Source: a virus | Direction: 5' to 3' (one strand) | Virus record (IMG/VR): IMGVR_UViG_3300045988_033265 | Coordinates: 1-42,797 of that record | Length of the DNA: 42,797 nucleotides | Shown: positions 40,808-42,797 of the stretch, in pieces | Numbering within the stretch: the first letter of the stretch is position 1 | Layout of the letters: every line of letters begins with the position of its first letter | The notes under the pieces: generated by a model | Told to the model about the DNA's origin: nothing | Seen by the model: only the letters and a program-made list of their open reading frames with translations | Database searches by the model: none | Translations under genes and position numbers: made by a program

Positions 40808-41134
40808 TTAGCAGATAACCTTAACGACCTCGGCGTCACGGATGATGAGCTCGCCGTCGTCCTCGCCGTACTCGGCCTCGTTGCCGCAGATGATAGCGAC
40901 ATGGTCGCCGTAGTACTGATTAACGCCAAGGCGATCCAGCTTGCAGGTGCAGATGCCGTCCAGCTCAACGCCGGTATCGTCACCGTTGTCCCAGACATGG
41001 GAGAGGTGCTCGATCGTGCCAAGCTCAAAGTCCTGCTCCTGCACGCGCACGCCGACAAACTCGTAATCCCAGCTCAGGTCCATTTCCTCGGCGACCTTCT
41101 TAATGTTTTTGATCATCTCGGCGTTCATCATCAT
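40808..41134 (-). CDS. Strongly acidic small protein
   Basis: SD AGGAGG lies 9 nt before ATG 41134. About 25 D/E against about 8 K/R in 108 aa (hand count). Confidence 0.65.
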   Translation of the reverse strand: MMMNAEMIKNIKKVAEEMDLSWDYEFVGVRVQEQDFELGTIEHLSHVWDNGDDTGVELDGICTCKLDRLGVNQYYGDHVAIICGNEAEYGEDDGELIIRDAEVVKVIC

Positions 41135-41181
41135 TTTTTGTTTCCTCCTGGGGTGCCCCTCTTTTGTTTACATGCTTAGTA

Positions 41182-41199
41182 TACGCTAATATTAGCGTA
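41182..41199. promoter_or_regulatory. Perfect 18-bp palindrome TACGCTAATATTAGCGTA in the divergent promoter region
   Basis: Read directly. Confidence 0.5.
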
Positions 41200-41225
41200 A
41201 TGTCAAGACTTTTTTAAAATATTTT

Positions 41226-41256
41226 TTGACCAAATATTGACCAAACGATGACCATT
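41226..41256 (+). repeat. Three TGACCA boxes at 11-nt spacing
   Basis: TTGACCAAA (41226), TTGACCAAA (41237) and ATGACCATT (41248). Confidence 0.45.
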
Positions 41257-41307
41257 TGTAAGGCGCGATCCACGGTATGATTAAGGCAACAAAAGGAGGT
41301 GCGCAAA

Positions 41308-41430
41308 ATGTACGAACGACTTTTAGCTTGTGGATTTACCGAGCAAATGGCGTTGGACATTTTGACTCTGTTCCCTGATCCTGACGAGCTGCGCACTTAC
41401 GTCTATTTCGCAGAGCTTTTCCATGTATAG
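41308..41430 (+). CDS. 40-aa protein (below the track cutoff)
   Basis: SD AAAGGAGGTG lies 7 nt before the ATG. Overlaps the next gene by 8 nt. Confidence 0.5.
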   Translation: MYERLLACGFTEQMALDILTLFPDPDELRTYVYFAELFHV

Positions 41431-41806
41431 CTACTTTAACCCAAATCCCGCTGGGCGTAATGTGTCCGACTGCACCGTGCGCGCGATCTGCAAGGCGACG
41501 GGGGAGGACTGGGGCGAGGTGTATTTGTCCCTCTGCATACAGGGTTACCTTGACGGCGACTTACCCAATGCAAATGCCTGCTGGGGCGCGTATCTGCGGT
41601 CTTTGGGCTACCGTCGCTATATCATGCCGGATACCTGCCCCGACTGCTACACGGTCGGTAGGTTTGCCGATGAGCACCCGCGCGGGACTTATATCCTCGC
41701 GCTCTCCGGTCATGTGGTCTGCGTGGAGGACGGGACGATTTATGACAGCTGGAACAGCGAGAACGAAATCCCGCTTTATTACTGGGTCAAAGAAACGGAG
41801 GAATGA
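41423..41806 (+). CDS. Hypothetical protein, possible papain-like Cys-His fold
   Basis: NVSDCTVRAI ... LSGHVVCVEDGTIYDSW. The fold assignment is inference only. Confidence 0.6.
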   Translation: MYSYFNPNPAGRNVSDCTVRAICKATGEDWGEVYLSLCIQGYLDGDLPNANACWGAYLRSLGYRRYIMPDTCPDCYTVGRFADEHPRGTYILALSGHVVCVEDGTIYDSWNSENEIPLYYWVKETEE

Positions 41807-41808
41807 AC

Positions 41809-42234
41809 ATGGCATATCCCTATTTCAATCCCTATTATCCGCAGCCGATGCCGGACAACCTCATGCAGATGCGACAGATGCAGCAGCCACAGATGCAGCC
41901 CATGCAGCAGCCAGTGCAACAGAACCCCATCGCACAGGGCGGCGTGCAGTGGGTAAGCGGCGAGCAGGAGGCAAGAGGGTATCTCATCGCGCCCAACTCC
42001 GCTGTTGCTCTGTGGGATTCCAGCGCGCCGACGGTGTACCTCAAGCAGTCCGACGCAAGCGGCAAGCCGACGCTCAAGATTTACGATCTTGTAGAGCGCG
42101 CAGAAACGCCCCGTACAGCGTCGCAGGAAAAGGGCGTGGAATTTGTCACCCGTAAAGAGTTCGACGCGCTGGCGGCGCTTGTGGGCGAGCTGAAAAGCAA
42201 GAAGAAGCGCAAGGAGGACGATGACGATGAATAA
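41809..42234 (+). CDS. Protein with a P/Q/M/Y-rich N-terminus and a Lys/Asp-rich tail
   Basis: SD GGAGG lies 7 nt before ATG 41809; ATG 41803 is an alternative start. Confidence 0.6.
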   Translation: MAYPYFNPYYPQPMPDNLMQMRQMQQPQMQPMQQPVQQNPIAQGGVQWVSGEQEARGYLIAPNSAVALWDSSAPTVYLKQSDASGKPTLKIYDLVERAETPRTASQEKGVEFVTRKEFDALAALVGELKSKKKRKEDDDDE

Positions 42235-42427
42235 TCCCTTTTTCGGTGCGCTCGGCGGCGGGAACGGCTTCATACAGATGATGCAGCAGTTCCAGCAATT
42301 CAAGGCAAATTTTCAGGGCGACCCCAAAGCGGAGGTCGAAAAGCTCTTGCAAAGCGGCAAACTCTCGCAGGCGCAGCTCAACCAGCTACAGCAGATGGCG
42401 AAGCAGTTTCAAAGCCTGATGCAGTAA
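42227..42427 (+). CDS. Small Gln-rich protein
   Basis: SD AGGAGG lies 9 nt before ATG 42227; ATG 42221 is an alternative start. Confidence 0.55.
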   Translation: MNNPFFGALGGGNGFIQMMQQFQQFKANFQGDPKAEVEKLLQSGKLSQAQLNQLQQMAKQFQSLMQ

Positions 42428-42493
42428 TTATCAACACAAATCAACATCGTGGCCACGATTTGATGAATAAAAATTTTCCAAAGGAGTGATACT

Positions 42494-42797
42494 ATGTCTC
42501 TTTCTGACGGCGGCGTTCAGGCCACTATGCCTGTTGCGCCAACCGGCATGATGAACAGCGGCTTTGGCGGCTTCGGCGGCGATGGCGCGTGGTGGATCAT
42601 CATTCTTTTCTTGTTTGTTTTCTGCGGCTGGGGAAACAACGGATGGGGGAACAACGGCAATTCCGGCGGCGTGGTTGACGGCTATGTGCTGACCTCTGAT
42701 TTTGCCAATGTCGAGCGCAAGATCGACAGCGTAAATCAGGGCCTTTGCGACGGATTTTACCAGCAGGCGCAGCTTGTCAACGGCACCAACATGGCGA
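42494..42797 (+). CDS. N-terminal part of the Gly/Gln/Cys-rich membrane protein (continues at nt 40 after the junction)
   Basis: SD AAGGAG lies 7 nt before ATG 42494. GFGGFGGDGAWWIIILFLFVFCGWGNNGWGNNG (Gly-rich plus TM). The frame runs off the window end. Confidence 0.75.
   Translation, partial: MSLSDGGVQATMPVAPTGMMNSGFGGFGGDGAWWIIILFLFVFCGWGNNGWGNNGNSGGVVDGYVLTSDFANVERKIDSVNQGLCDGFYQQAQLVNGTNMA
42759..42797 (+). repeat. Terminal overlap copy 2
   Basis: Exact 39-nt match to 1-39. Confidence 0.95.

Larger units (their letters stand above)
1..42797. mobile_element. Complete circular temperate tailed-phage genome with lysogeny, replication/recombination, anti-defence, packaging, head, tail, lysis and cargo modules
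   Basis: Full phage module order. Integrase plus attP present. Ends are identical (1-39 = 42759-42797). Genes are co-oriented and tightly packed, with many ATGA/GTGA/TAATG overlaps. Confidence 0.85.

Noticed and set aside
42440-42466. ATCGTGGCCACGAT palindrome upstream of the split cargo gene, considered as a terminator
   Set aside because: The stem is short and effectively loop-less, and no clear U-tract follows directly. I kept it only as an unremarkable inverted repeat.

Overview
The window is one complete, circularly closed temperate tailed-phage genome. The first 39 nt are identical to the last 39 nt, giving 42,758 bp of unique sequence. It is siphovirus-like, GC-rich, and its gene content looks Clostridia/Firmicute-like.

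Gene order on the + strand unless noted:
- A cargo operon that runs across the contig junction (41308 to 42797, then 1 to 1724).
- attP (about 1725-1983), built on a tRNA 3' half.
- A tyrosine integrase and a membrane-anchored XRE protein, both on the - strand.
- An AT-rich island holding a - strand HTH/DUF2513-like operon, divergent from a Cro-like gene.
- Early genes: a beta-class DNA methyltransferase, a 3D-domain protein, YqaJ exonuclease, RecT, SSB, a replisome organizer with internal iterons, a DnaC-like loader, DUF1064, and two more methyltransferase-like genes.
- A candidate anti-defence stretch: a Lar-like protein, a DUF2829/Tad2-like protein, small ORFs and a terminal XRE.
- An 843-nt gene-free, hairpin-dense region containing a tRNA-Trp-like element. 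I read this as a candidate large structured ncRNA.
- Packaging, head, tail and lysis genes: TerS, TerL, portal, MuF, a head-module moron, scaffold, a capsid-Big_2 fusion, connectors, major tail protein, chaperones, a reverse-strand moron, tape measure, tail fibres (an S74 chaperone domain and a collagen-like fibre), holins and an M15 endolysin.
- A sigma-like HTH gene and a convergent - strand 3-gene operon.

I saw no rRNA, CRISPR array, transposase or reverse transcriptase. All family assignments come from motifs read by eye, not from searches.
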